Assembly (NCBI RefSeq): GCF_006345805.1
Contig: NC_043004.1
Coordinates: 73,718,001-73,782,000, forward strand
Direction of reading: 5' to 3'
DNA length: 64,000 nucleotides
Origin: Octopus sinensis
Taxonomy: Eukaryota
Of this stretch, positions 41,030-55,881 are shown in pieces (the stretch's first letter is position 1; the number at the start of each line of letters is the position of its first letter). Under the pieces are notes generated by a model that did no database searches, was not told the DNA's origin, and saw nothing but the letters and a program-made list of their open reading frames with translations. A program made the translations under genes and the position numbers.

Positions 41030-41620
41030 GTCCCGCCGAGGTCGACTTTGCCTTTCATCCTCTCAGAATTGATAAATAAAGTACCAGTTCAGTACTGGGG
41101 TCGATTACATCGACTAGTCCCCTCCCCCATAATTGCAGGCCTTGTGCCTCTTGTAGAAAAGATTATTAAAGTCCCGTGTTTCAAAAGCAGAACAAGAAAT
41201 ATTGAAAGTAAAAATGGAACAAAACATAACTAAGAAACTAGTAGCGATTGTAGAGCGAAAGCGAAATGAAAAGGCGTAGTTGAAGTTCTGATGCTTGTGT
41301 CCATGCACACGTTCACACACACACAACATAGACATCGTAGATGAGAATAGGATGGATTACCCATACATTACTAAACTCGTTTCAATAGTGTGGTTATCTA
41401 TTGCTAATGCAAAATACAACAGTGCCTTACTTAATATTATGTTGAAGGGGTATTTCGTCTGTCTTTACGTTCTGAGTTCAAATTCCGCCGAAGTCGACAT
41501 TGCTTTTAATCCTTTCAGGGTCGACAAATTAAGTACCAGCTACGTACTGGTTTGAACTAATTGACTGGCCCCCACCTCCCCCAAAATTTCGGGCCTGGTG
41601 CCTAGAGTAGAAAAGAATAT
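41030..41620 (+). mobile_element. Two headless SINE family A copies (41030-41168, 41448-41620)
   Basis: Body and tail match family A. Confidence 0.78.
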
Positions 41621-41759
41621 TACGTTGAAAGATCAGGATTACATTGTTTCGTAGTAATTCGTCACTCAAATGTGGTATAGAACGCTGATTACGATGCACT
41701 TTTATGTATTGTAGCGTTTAAATGAAGCTAAGCCACATCTGTCTATCATAGCTAGCTAA

Positions 41760-42660
<901 letters not shown>

Positions 42661-43020
42661 AAAGCAAGAGGATATTTCTTGTGAATTTTTTGTTCAAATT
42701 CTCTAAAACGACTTTATGATATTAAGGAGCAAATATTTCAGCGGGTGGGGGAAGGGAGGGAGGGAGGAAGGGGTGGAGAGTTGGAGGAAGGGATGGAGGG
42801 GAATGGAGGAGGGGAGTCTTTTGGAGGTGATTCTTTGGAGGCCAAGAAATAATAGGCTCTCTTGTATTTGTTTATACAACACAGAACGATGGCGTGTATG
42901 TATGAGAATATATATATATATTTAGTTTTATACATACATACATACATACATACATACATACATACATACATACATACGTACATACATACATACATTCATA
43001 TATATACACATATATATATA

Positions 43021-43662
43021 ATATATATATAAAACTGAGAATGTGTGTCTGTCTGTGTGTTTCCCTAAAACTTGAGAACTACACAACCAATTTCATTCAA
43101 ATTTTACACATGCCAGACTTAGGGTCCATGTATTTTTATGGGCAAAAAAATGTTCAACTTTTTGCCTAGAGCAAGCCCATAGCAATATCATATCTTCTCC
43201 ACTATTTCAGTATTAGATGTTAAAAGTGAAACAAAAGCATTTCTCTATTTTATGTCAGATACTTTCACTTTAACAATAAAAATAATAATAACAATTGAAT
43301 TATATGTAGTAAGTAATAATTAAAATCAAACTAAAGTATAATATAATCGAAACATAACAAAAGTAAAAATAGCAATTGGTATAAAATTGCATCAATGATT
43401 TGAACTTGAATAAGTGGTTTCCCATGAATGGGAATAAATTAAAAATAAAATTAGCGTGCAGAAATGGAATAGTCCTACAATTCCAGTGTGTTATATATTT
43501 TCAGTATTGTTATCACTATCGATATCAAGATATAACTTTGTATTTTGTATTTTATGTGTAGATGTATATATATATAGATATACTTGTAATATGTACACAT
43601 ATATATACACATATATACATGCACTAGCACTATGACCCGGCAAAGACGGGTCATAATGCTAG
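43021..43662 (+). mobile_element. Non-autonomous Helitron, family R
   Basis: 5' tatatataaaactgag, 3' hairpin tatgacccg-gcaaaga-cgggtcata (43631-43655), then CTAG at 43659-43662, in a TA context. Confidence 0.82.
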
Positions 43663-43900
43663 TATATATATATATACATATATATATACATATATATGTG
43701 TATATATACATATATGTATATATATATGTGTGTGTATGTATGTGTAAGAATATATATTCTTATACATATATATGCATATGTATATGTGTATATATATATT
43801 TATACATATACATATATATATATAGATAGATAGATAGATAGATAGATTAATGCATATATGTATGTGTATATATAATGTATAAATGTATGTATAAATGTGT

Positions 43901-43941
<41 letters not shown>

Positions 43942-44954
43942 GTATTGGGAGATATATAGAGAAGGGAGAAAATATTTATGAGAGACCGAAAGGCTGATGA
44001 GTTTTGTGTTACCTCCCTTTGCTTCAGTTTTATTATTTACATTGTTGTTTGATTTGACTTGCATTTATTATATAAATATGATAATAGAAGACGCTAGCTT
44101 CCTTCTCTTTAAAGTCTTTTCGCATGTTTCATACATTTATATATATACCAAACTGTTACCCGAATATATGACGGATAATGTTCGGAAGAAATGTTTTTGC
44201 CCATCAGAGTAATATAACGAGTACGTAATATCACTTCTTTTACCTCTTTACTCTTATTTGTTTTTATCATTAGACTACGGCCTTGCTGAAGCACGAAAAT
44301 TAAAATACTTTTCTTTCTTGCATATCTGAGATAACTATGTTATTAATAACAGTACTACTGTTTAACTATCAATTAGTTACATAATTAACATTACCTGATA
44401 CAAAAGTATGTTCCCCAACATCACTTGTCATATGACACATAATACTCAAACTAATATATGGTAACCAAAAGACATAAATCCAGTTAGAAGAGTGTTATCT
44501 CTTTTTGGGGGTGAGCAAACAGAAAAAAGAGATGGGATGCACGTTGCTATGCATTAATAGGTAACAATGTGTATATACACGCAAGCACACACTCATAATA
44601 TCTTAAGATCTAACGAAAGCTATGGCGTTTACTCTTATCAATTGAACCAAGTAGTTGTCCTCTTTCGCTGCCAATTTCTTCCTACAGGTTTAATCACATG
44701 ACCTGAAATGGCCAATAAGAACGAGCCTCCGCTCTCGTCCATTGTCGTTCAACCTTATTCAGAAGTCGCGTTTGCCTTGCCTCACTCAGTATCGAAGTAT
44801 CGAAACAATATTTGTGTTTGGGAAACTTTTAGTAAAGCAAATCTAAGTCAAATTATAAATGCATTCACACATATTGTGTAAGCTTATATAATATATACGT
44901 GTGTGTGTGTGAGACTATTGAATTCTGTATGTGTCTATGCATGTATGTATGTAT

Positions 44955-45020
<66 letters not shown>

Positions 45021-45180
45021 TCGTTTAGTGTCAGCTGTTGGAAAAAGAGTACTCGATGTCATAGTAGGGTAGTAGAGATAATTAATATCTTTAATTTTTT
45101 ATTGCCTACATGCTTAGCTGTATTTCGTCTGCCTTTACGTTCTGAGTTCAAATTCCGCCGAGGTCGACTTTGACTTTCAT

Positions 45181-45233
45181 TAACCCCAAGATTCCGAGTT
45201 CGATTCCAGTGAGTGGCTTGAATAATAATAATA

Positions 45234-45288
<55 letters not shown>

Positions 45289-45335
45289 TAACAACAACAA
45301 CAACAACATCGAAAAATACTTTAGGAATAGAGAAC
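45181..45335 (+). mobile_element. Truncated family H SINE (B box, (AAT)n, start of body) fused to a family A fragment
   Basis: taaccccaagattccgagttcgattcc...(aat)n...aacatcgaaaaatactttaggaat matches 15570-15670 in reverse. Confidence 0.8.
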
Positions 45336-45574
45336 AATTCAGCAGATAAAGAACTAGGCACATGTTTAAAGGAAAAAGATGGGACAATCATGACGGGTAC
45401 ATTTTCCCTTATAGCTCTATTCAATCGCGGCTGACCTGGGCCCAAACAACAAGAACAAATTGTTGGGGACTTCTTCCCTTTAACTTTATAGACCAATGAA
45501 ACCCTCCCACTTTGTAGTCTCTCAGCATTCTATAAATCACGACCAAATCTCAACAAATTACACGCAACTCTCTT

Positions 45575-45661
<87 letters not shown>

Positions 45662-46095
45662 AATGCATTGGGGGATTGGTTTCATCCATCTGTTTTTAAG
45701 TCCATGTTATGTAATACGAGAAAAGTTTGGTTGCTATTTCTAGCAGGCTGAAGAACCACTTAGTGGTTTTCTCGTTGGCTTGGGTTCGGGTGTGTCAACA
45801 GAATAGCCACGGTTAGTAATTAGGTAAATGATGATAAATGGAAGGAGTGGCCAATGGAATAGTGAGGCGTGACTGCGGAAAGTGGGTGTGGTTTTCAAAT
45901 AACTAGAACAAACCCTTATAATGACAGGTGTGCTAAAATATGTTTGACCAGGAACAAGACAACATGAGAAACGACTGGTTTTTATGCTAATTCTGCTTAA
46001 TCTATGCGTAATTATACATTCATGAACCACTGGAAGGAATTTTACTTGTCACAAGAAACTGTTCAGTACGTTGTCACGCTAAAAAAATATATATT

Positions 46096-46305
46096 CTCTT
46101 TTACTCTTTTAGTTGTTTCAGCCATTTGACTGTGGCCATGCTGGAGCACCGCCTTTAGTCGAGCAAATAGATCCTAGGACTTATACTTTTTAAGCCTAGT
46201 ACTTATTCTATTGGTTCTTTTGCCGAACCGCTAAGTTACGGGGACGTAAACACACCAGCATCGGTTGTCAAGCGATGTTGGGGGGGGACAAACACAAACG
46301 CATAA

Positions 46306-46340
<35 letters not shown>

Positions 46341-46652
46341 CATATATACGACGGGCTTCTTTCAGTTTCCGTCTACCAAATCTACTCACAAGGCTTTGGT
46401 CGGCCCGAGGCTATAGTAGAAGACACTTGTCCAAAGTGCCACGCAGTGGGACTGAACCCGGAACCATGTGGTTGGTTAGCAAGCTACCTACCACACAGCC
46501 ACTCACAAAGGCAGTAATAATATCCTTTCTACTATATGTACAAAGCCCGAAATTTGGAGGGAGGTAACCAGTCAGTTAGATCGGCCCCAGTATGCAACTG
46601 GTACTTAATTTATCGTCCCCGAAAGGATGAAAGGCAAAGTCGACCTCGGCAG
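46096..46652 (-). mobile_element. SINE family B full copy (46096-46503) followed by a family A fragment (46515-46652)
   Basis: Homology to the other copies. Confidence 0.85.
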
Positions 46653-47836
46653 ATCCTCATGATTGCGACGTAAACTTCGTAACCATTCAGCCATACTACA
46701 TTATTTAGATAAAGAAGAAAATCGTTCCTCTACAATAGGTTGCTGTTAGATTTGAATTTGTTTTTACCGACCGTCGGAGAAATTGAACTTATGACTATTC
46801 AAGGAACTGTCGTCAAGGAACCATCAGTCCTGATGTATATATCACCCTAGAAGTATTTAGAAGTAAGTACAATGACTAGTGACTCACAGGTGCTGTTAGT
46901 ATCGTTGTAGGCCGGTACAACTTGTATTGTTGAGTCACCGGCGATTAAACCGGATTTCTCGCCTCCCAGCCTTGAAACCCAGTATGAAAACAAACAAAAT
47001 CTGTGAAAAGGACGACTGAACTAAAGGTAAGGTCAACGACTCTTTAGCATTAACGTGTCCACTGAGAACGTCTTGTATCCTGTATGACCACTGAAAGTGA
47101 GCCACCCTTTAGCTTTTACGTCTTTAGAAGAAAGCTTTGCTGTGCATTCAGCTACACCGGCGGTGTAACTGGGTGGTAGTCTAGGCTCAGAAGCTTTGCA
47201 AAGACTCTCCTTGCATATACCCTCACTGCCTGAGAAGGTTTCGAATGAGTTAAACGCTAATGGAATCAATGGTTGCTTCTTTGTGGCTAAGGGTTTTTAA
47301 CTCTTATTTTTGGTAATGTAGGTGCTACCCCGCACCGTCAATCACAATTAATGACAACTGATTTTTGCCTTTTTGGGTTTATATTGCGTATAACCGTCTT
47401 CGTTATTTTATAATTTTCCCATTACCATTTTGCCGAATCAGCCATTGATTCATATGGCAAATACTATGTACTGACAGTTTGGATTTAGCCAAACCATCCA
47501 GCGATCGAGTACTCACCATTGATGAGCTTTAATTTCAAGCGAAACTAGACTAGTGGGGCGATTATCTCTCCTGTCAATGCATAGACATGTGCTTCTTTGC
47601 GGCTAAGGTTTTTTAACTTTTATTTCTAACAATGTAGGTGCTACCCCGCGCCGTCAGTCACAATTGAATTTTTTCTTTTTGGTTTTATATTGCGTATAGC
47701 TGCCTTCGTTATCATATATATGTATATATATATATACATATATGTATATATATATACATACATATATATATATTATTTATATATATATACACACACACAT
47801 ATATATATATATATATTTATATATATACACACACAC

Positions 47837-47901
<65 letters not shown>

Positions 47902-49306
47902 CTTACGTCTGCTCGAAATAAACTAACTTCTTGTTGCTGATTAACCCCAATACTTATAGATTGTATCACAAACAAAATATATAAAATTTCAATTTTTCTG
48001 GTTCAATAGATATTCTTTAACTCAATAGGTTCTGTTCTGTTAAAACAACTGTAAGGGTTTACATTGTAAATTTATATTTAACACTAATTATCATGTAATA
48101 CATGTAACAGAGTCTCTTTTCGCTGAAACAATTCCACTTTTTGCACTCTCGCTTCAACCACAAACAAGTTTAATCGCTCACAGCCGACAACACAATATCA
48201 ATAAATAGTAGACATCTAGTTAGCTGCCTACCCCTCTCCACCATTATTATTTTGTTAAACAGCAGAATCGTTAGAGCATCGGATAGAATGTCATATGGTA
48301 TTCGTTGCGGTCCTCTGCTTTCTGATTTCAAATCCTGCCATGGTTAACATTGTCTTTCATCCATTCAGAATCAATAAAACAATGTAATAATCCAACGTAG
48401 CGAACTGGCGAAACAGTAAGAACGTCTGACTGGATGATTTGCAGCATTTGTTCATGATCAAACCTGGAGGGAAGGGGTAGACTGAATTTGTCCTCCGGTC
48501 CAACAGCTCCACCTGGCACCATGGGTGCCTTTAGTGAAATCCAGTCTGTTGAAAGTATTCATATACATACACGACGGGCTTCCACACAGTTTCCGTCTAC
48601 TAAGTTCACTCATAATACACTGGTCGACTCGGGCTATAGTAGAAGACGCGTTCTGTACCAAAAACCACGTTGAAGCAAAACGAGCATCTTTTCACAGTCA
48701 GGCCTTTACTTATACACATAGTGTCTTTCGTTTGCTGGCATATACAGGATTACATTGGTCAATATGGACAGGGTGTGCTTTGAAAGAAATTCGGCTGCTG
48801 TTTCTTGCAAGTTGAGTCTATTCCTTTTATCACGTTGATCAATACAGATTATTAAACATGTGGAGATAACTCACGATGATTAGTTTACATTTCCACTTTT
48901 CCTCCCATTTCCTACATTTCCTCCAGAGCAACACGATTACAATGAAACCCGAAACAACTTCTAAATTCAATTTGAAATCTTATATTGTTGGTATAAAACA
49001 GAAAATGCTTTCATTAGTATATGAATGATGTGTTGGCATTTGTGTGCACTCTTATGTGTACTTATGGGTATATATCTGCTAGAATATTTATGTCTGTAGG
49101 CAATGTTTTACGTATTTGACGAGATGCAATCTTAATTATGTGTGCGTTTGTGTGGGGGTACAACTGCTTACTAACTGTGAGTCACTGGTGCAGTGATATT
49201 CGCCTCGCTTTGGTATATAGTGTGTTCTTCATAGTCCAACATATCTATGGAGAGATTTTTTTCTTCCAGAGGAAAAAAACGCCTCATGTCTTTTAATGGT
49301 GTATGA

Positions 49307-50260
49307 GACATCCGACTCGGCAATGACACCCCGGCCTCGTACCATTTCCGGTCTACCAGTCACTCTTTGCAACCCCTGTCTGTGTTCGGATTGTCCTTGC
49401 ACAGGGGCCATCCGTACTCCCGTCTTCGCCGTGAACAAGGATCAATCTTCTCTATTCGCTCTTTTGCGCCACATGGCTCAACTCTCCTCCCCTCTTCATC
49501 TAACCCTCTTCCCCTCTCCTCTCTTCCTCTCACACCTACTTCCTCCCACCCACCTCTCTTCTCTTGCTTCGACTCCTACTTCTCTTCACTCCTACCCACC
49601 TTCTCCCTTCTCCCTTCATCGTCACCTCTCCCTCGTAACTCCACCCGGACACAATCCAACCGCACCTTCCCTATCCTTCCCATCCCACTCCCACCTCATT
49701 CCTTACACCCACTCCCACATACCCACCTCTAACCCCACCCTCAAGCTAACCCACACCCATCCTTGCTTTCCCCACTCTCGCCTCCCCCACATCCCAACAC
49801 CATCACACCACACCACACACCACCATACCACATAACACCACATCACATCATACCACCATGCACACACTAGCATTGACCACTTCCCAGCACCCACACCATC
49901 ATCAACACACCTAAACAAGCGCACACGCACACATCAAAGTCATCAGCCCTCTTCCACGCACACATACATGCTCTCTTACACCTACGCATGCGCACCTTCG
50001 TTTTAGGATCACCATTACTTTATTATCACTCCTTCTTCCTAGTTCTCCTGTCTGACCCCTCTATCCGGTAGTCGCCATGATAGATCGCTAGCCACTGCAC
50101 ATTCTATATTTTCTGTCCCTGTTTCTTTCTGTGTTCCTTTCTATGCGTAGACTCGAAATGTAAAAGACTTTTTCACTTCTCGAGCGTTAAACTAATGCAT
50201 CTGTTTGTTGTCTACACCACCTGCCTTCGTCTTTTTCTTTTTGCCGAAATATCCTTATAT
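49307..50260 (+). mobile_element. Penelope-like element 3' fragment: GIY-YIG C-terminus, CT/CA-rich block, pLTR relic
   Basis: DIRLGNDTPASYHFRSTSHSLQPLSVFGLSLHRGHPYSRLRREQGSIFSIRSFAPHG. Hammerhead remnant cgtagactcgaaatgt at about 50146-50161. Confidence 0.7.
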
Positions 50261-50422
50261 ATATATAATTTTTACCTTAATTGGTTTTTACATGCTACCC
50301 ACTTGATAAAATCCTCTATACATTTTAACCTTAATTTTAATTGATATATACATATATACATACATATATACATACATATACACACACAGAAACACATACA
50401 AACACAGACACACACACACACT

Positions 50423-50455
<33 letters not shown>

Positions 50456-50479
50456 CATAGACCAAAGTGTACGTACGTA

Positions 50480-50835
50480 TGTTTTATATATAAAAAATAC
50501 AAAATGGGACAAAAACACAAAACATCCAGACAGGTGATACAAAAAAGGAACAACAAATCATCCAGATAGACGATACAAAGAAAACAAGGACGGGTCATTC
50601 AGAGTTTTCTTTCCTCAGTCGAGTTCCAGATTATCTTTGCAATTTCGGTTGGTTATACTCGATATTGCTCCAATCTGGCCAGCCCCAAGGAAAAACTAAG
50701 CTAAGAGCATTAGATTCCTTGGAAGAAAGCAGCGTATGTATACGAAAACAAGGACGGTAAAAAAAAGGAGAATGTTACACAAATACATATAACAGGACAT
50801 AACAACAGGTATCTTTCAACTAAGGACGGATTAAA
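50480..50835. repeat. Family P repeat, uninterrupted copy
   Basis: Contains a single cagtcgag, the empty site for the MITE at 25186. Confidence 0.75.
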
Positions 50836-51809
50836 TTAAGCTGGCATGTGTGGAAATAAAGCCTTACAGCTGGGATACAAGATTTAACAGGCACAGGGAG
50901 GAATATAGATGTTGCACGGACGGCGTCCGAACCAAGAAAGAAAGGTCAGGCTTGGCCAAACACCGTGAGGTCACGTGAGGGGAGAAGAGAAAGAGGTAGA
51001 GATAGATGGACAGAAAAAATAAGGAGGGGCCAGAAAAAATGTCGGACACAGTGAAATGAAAAGAGGAGGGTAAGTAAGCATGAAGAGAAGGTAAGGAAAT
51101 ATGAGATGGGGAACGAAAAAACGAAGAGTGGAATGAACGAAGTAAGCGTGAAAGGGCTGACAGAAAGTCTTTCTATCAGCCTATGACAAGCTAACATACG
51201 CACATACGCGCACACACATGCGCGCGCGCACGCGATGGGTTTTCAAACAGATACATCTACCAAATTCACTCAGAAAGCGTTGATCAGCCCGGATCTATAG
51301 CGGAAGCCACTTGTATGAGGTTCCACGCAGTGGAACTGGAACCGAAACCACGTTATTAGCAAGCAAGCTTCTTAGCCACACAATTTTCTTTTCCACGATC
51401 TACATAATGAGATTGGTTTCTCAGAGCATTTCCTAAATCCATTAGCTATTTTAATATTGGATTTTGCTGCTACAAACGTTATTCTATCAAACCTATAATT
51501 ATCGTACCACTTACTGGTTTCAGCGTTATTATTATTTTCTCTAAGTAGCCTTTTCTAAAATTTGTTACGATATAAAAGGTATATTATATCTGTTGCATTT
51601 TGTAGAATATTTTCAAGCCTTTACTTGGCACTTCTATGCAAACTAAGCCTGTCTTTTGTGTGTTATACAAATTTATTTATTGATTTTCATATATCATTTC
51701 CTTTCTTTTTTTCTTTTTTTTCTCTTGCTAAAAATAATATTTTTTCCTCACAAGACTAGTTTCTGAATGTTTAGAGACGTCGTCCAAAATATGTCTGTAT
51801 GTGTGTACG

Positions 51810-51851
<42 letters not shown>

Positions 51852-51972
51852 TGTATGTATGTATGTATGTATGAGTATGTATGTATACATATATATGTGT
51901 ATGTATATGCACACATATATTATGTGTGTGTGTATATATATATATATACATAAATACATACATACATATATA

Positions 51973-52012
<40 letters not shown>

Positions 52013-52587
52013 ACATATATATATATACATAGATGTGTTCACAATATATTTATGTATGTGTAAAGGTGAAAGTATATATATTTATATGCGTGTCTATGTG
52101 TACATGATTGTATATACCTGTACGTGTCTGAATCTCTGCGTGTGTGTCTTTACGTGTGTCGGCACGCGTGTATGTGTGTGTGTGTCTGAGTGTGTGTGTG
52201 TATGCGTGTGTGTGTGTGTGTCTGTCTGAGAGAACGTTTTACACAAATGCAAACATATTTTCTTCATCAAAGAAGCGGTTTCTGTCTCTGAATATTTCCC
52301 AGATTCCTTCCCTCGGTCCTTTTCTTTCCACCTCTCTTCCTCGCACCCCACCACCACCATACACGTAAACTATGTCTTACTTTCATCCTCTCTTCCACCA
52401 CGACCCTCACATCCACTTTACATATATTTCCCCCCTTATCTCGTTATCTCTCCCACCTATTCAGACGTATACATGTTTTATCAATACGCCGATCTCACCT
52501 TGCGTCCGTATTTATATTTCTGCGTGTAAACATGTATGCGTGTGTGTTTTTGTGCATATATACATTGTACATACATACATACATACA

Positions 52588-52621
<34 letters not shown>

Positions 52622-52741
52622 CATACATATTCAAATATACACAAAGGCATATGCATATGCGCGTGCGTGGGTGCGTATCTACCTAGCTATCTTCCTCCTC
52701 ATATATACAAATGTTGTGATTATGTATATATTTATGTGTGA

Positions 52742-52815
<74 letters not shown>

Positions 52816-52936
52816 GCATATACATATATGTATATATAAACGCAAATGAATACACACACAAACACATATATACATTCATACATATATATATATATACCCA
52901 TACAGGCATCTTCTAGCTATCCCTCTCTGTCCATTA

Positions 52937-52989
<53 letters not shown>

Positions 52990-53719
52990 ATATATATATG
53001 TGTGTGTGTCCGTGTGTGTGAGTGTGCGTGTGTGTGTATGTATGTATGTATGTAATTTGATACAGCTATACAAAACGGTTTCGTACAAATAATATTGTTT
53101 CCATCTTCCTCTATAATAAATTGTATACGACCGATATCTCTGTATAAAAAATATCCTATTTATAATATTGTGAAATTTAGGATTTCAGATATTCCTTAGA
53201 TTTTGCATTGTCATTTTAAGCTTGTTGTATTACTCGACAAATGTTGCTATATTATGTCTAAGCATTAATATAACAACCTTTGCATTATTACCATTCTTTG
53301 TTCAACAAAGGTTCATGAGAATAACAAGTCGTTTATCTCTTATAACCAGAACTCCTAGAGGTTGTTCAGCTATTTTGACTATATACAAACATCCCTTTGG
53401 CCTGATGAAAATCCATGAATAATAAAAGATGAGAGGTGGTAAAAATGGCGACTGCGCTTCTATAATTCCCGCAGTTGGTTGAAAATTTCGACAAGATTCA
53501 TTTCTTTAGCCGGAACAGGAAGTTATACACTACAAAGCGTATATTTATTTACAAGGGAACATTCTTCGATTTTGGGATTTTATTCGCATGGAAGTTTGCC
53601 AAGCATCGCGGGCAAACATGGATACGCAACAAGCTTAAACGACAGCGCAATTCCACGTCTAGGTCGTTTTACGCTGAAATACTGAAACATCAGCTATAGA
53701 GCTTTGATAGTGAGTATAA

Positions 53720-53918
53720 GGCATGGCTGTGTGGTTAAGAATCTTGCTTTGTAATCACGGGAATTCAGGTTCAGTCCTACTGCACGCACGGTATTTTGAG
53801 CGTGTTCTACGACAGCCTCCAAGCCGAACAAACGTTTGTCAGCGAATGAAGTGGACGAAAACTGTGTGGAAACACATGTTGTGTGTGTGTGTGTGTGTGT
53901 GTGTGTTTGTGTTTGTGT

Positions 53919-53983
<65 letters not shown>

Positions 53984-53986
53984 TGT

Positions 53987-54024
<38 letters not shown>

Positions 54025-54237
54025 GTCTTTTTGTTCGCATTCGTCCTTTACCACCGCTTGAAAACCGGTGCTGGTTTATTTATGTTCTCCTAAGCAACCG
54101 GTTCGGCCAAAGAGACCGCAAGAACAGAAACCAAACTCAAAAATAAGTACTGAGGTAGATTTGTTCGACTAAAAACCTTCAAGGCAGTGCCCCAGCATGG
54201 TCGCACTTGATGACTAACGGAAGTAAAAGATAAAAGC
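53720..54237 (+). mobile_element. SINE family B, diverged, with an expanded (TG)n spacer
   Basis: ggctgtgtggttaag...ggttcagtcc, then (tg)n, then gcagtgccccagcatggtcgc. Confidence 0.75.
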
Positions 54238-54428
54238 TACGGGCCTGTACTGTATTGGTTTGTGAATTCTTTTTCTTGCATATATAAATAAGGAAACTGA
54301 AAACGTATTTACATACTAACTTAACACACACACACACACACACCTACACGCGCACGCACACACACGCACACAAGTACATACAAATATATATGTTTTTGTG
54401 TGTCTATCTGTGCCGCGACCGCATAGAT

Positions 54429-54612
54429 CAGTGCTCCGCAATCTTGTTTTGCTTGCGGCACATTTATATTCTTTTCAAAATTCGGTGGTACACCTGAACT
54501 GAAAATATAACTAAAAGTATAGGTGGGGGATATATGCAGGCCATACTGCAGCACACCTAGCATCGTCTTGTGACACTCCAGTGTGCCGCGGCATACTGGT
54601 TGCGGGGTACTG
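54429..54612. mobile_element. hAT-type MITE
   Basis: TIR cagtgctccgcaa / ttgcggggtactg. 8 bp TSD gcatagat (54421-54428) / gtatagat (54613-54620). Confidence 0.75.
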
Positions 54613-55620
54613 GTATAGATTGATGTAGATAAGTCACATACACACAGAAATAAAAACAAATTGAAATATACTCAGATAAATAGATAAGAAATATGAATCA
54701 TGTATTGAAAGCTCGTCAATATTAAACGGGAATAAAACAGTTTAGAGCAGGTGGAAAAATATTAGTGAAACTTAAGAAAGAGCTTATATTGAAGGTTTAA
54801 AGAAATTGACGGATCGGAAACGTGAATCGTATTATGGTCGTCAGTAAAATGTGTGAGTAGATTCTTTGTAGATGGACCGAGAAGAAAACGTATGTTGCAT
54901 GCAGTGAAGCTTTGAAAGCGATTTGATTGGCTAAAACTATTGAGTATTATGCGTGCTTTGTTTTTATTTTATTCCTCTATCAGCTTTTTTTCTTTATTTG
55001 TTTTCCGTGAGATATTATTTCTTATGTCTTCATGGTTCTTGTTTTCGATTTTTTGCTTCGTTTTACCTTTACAATACCTCTGCGAATTGTATATTTAAAA
55101 CTCCATCCAGACTAAAAGGAAACTGGTTAAAAATTTTCTTAATGCATAACGTGCCATCGAAAAGAGTGGAAGAACAAGGAAAAAGAATGGAAAGAAATAT
55201 AAAGTAATAAAACTAGAAAGTGAATGAAGAAAACAGGATGTAGACTATCCAAACATTTTTCTTTCCCAAAACACATACACATATATTCGCATGTAACTAA
55301 CATCTGTCTATCTAGCTTGCTATCTGCTTCTCTATCTCTGTTTATATGTGTATATATATATATACGTAAATGTCGAACGATGAAATGAGTGCTCAACAAC
55401 GCATTGGTGGATATGTAATTTCTTTATTTGTGAACTGAGGCTACCATTAGCTTCATGTTAGGAAAAGTAAGACACTGCGATATTTTCCTACTTTTCTTAA
55501 CATGAAGCCAGTGGTTGCCTTAATTTACAAATATACATACATACATTGTGACCACGTGTGTACCGTTGGCGATTTCTTTTCCCTCTGTCTTCCCTTCTCT
55601 GGATCTTTCCTTCTCCTATG

Positions 55621-55653
55621 TTTCCGACGAAGAGCTCCGCTCGAAACGTTAAA
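55621..55653 (+). ncRNA. Minimal hammerhead (U4C variant) in a pLTR relic (~55550-55750)
   Basis: ttt-CcGACGA-a-GAGC-tcc-GCTC-GAAAC-GTT-aaa. Confidence 0.65.
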
Positions 55654-55881
55654 CCCTCCTTCTTTTCTTCTTTCCTGAGCGTCCAATAATACTATATTTG
55701 TTCCACGTTCTCGCGTTGTTGTGTTTTTTGTGCTTTCATGTGGTTTAGCGGTTCATTTGACTCCTATTTCTAGCAAAGCTAGTGCTTTACAGCACCATAA
55801 TTATATTATATTATATATATGTAATGACTTTTGTTAAGCAGCGTCGATTTTTACAATTCTGCAAATAATATTAATTATATT

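Noticed and set aside
53222-53699. Several overlapping 66-74 aa ORFs in unique sequence
   Set aside because: No frame gives a recognisable protein. It may be a decayed TE or non-coding DNA.
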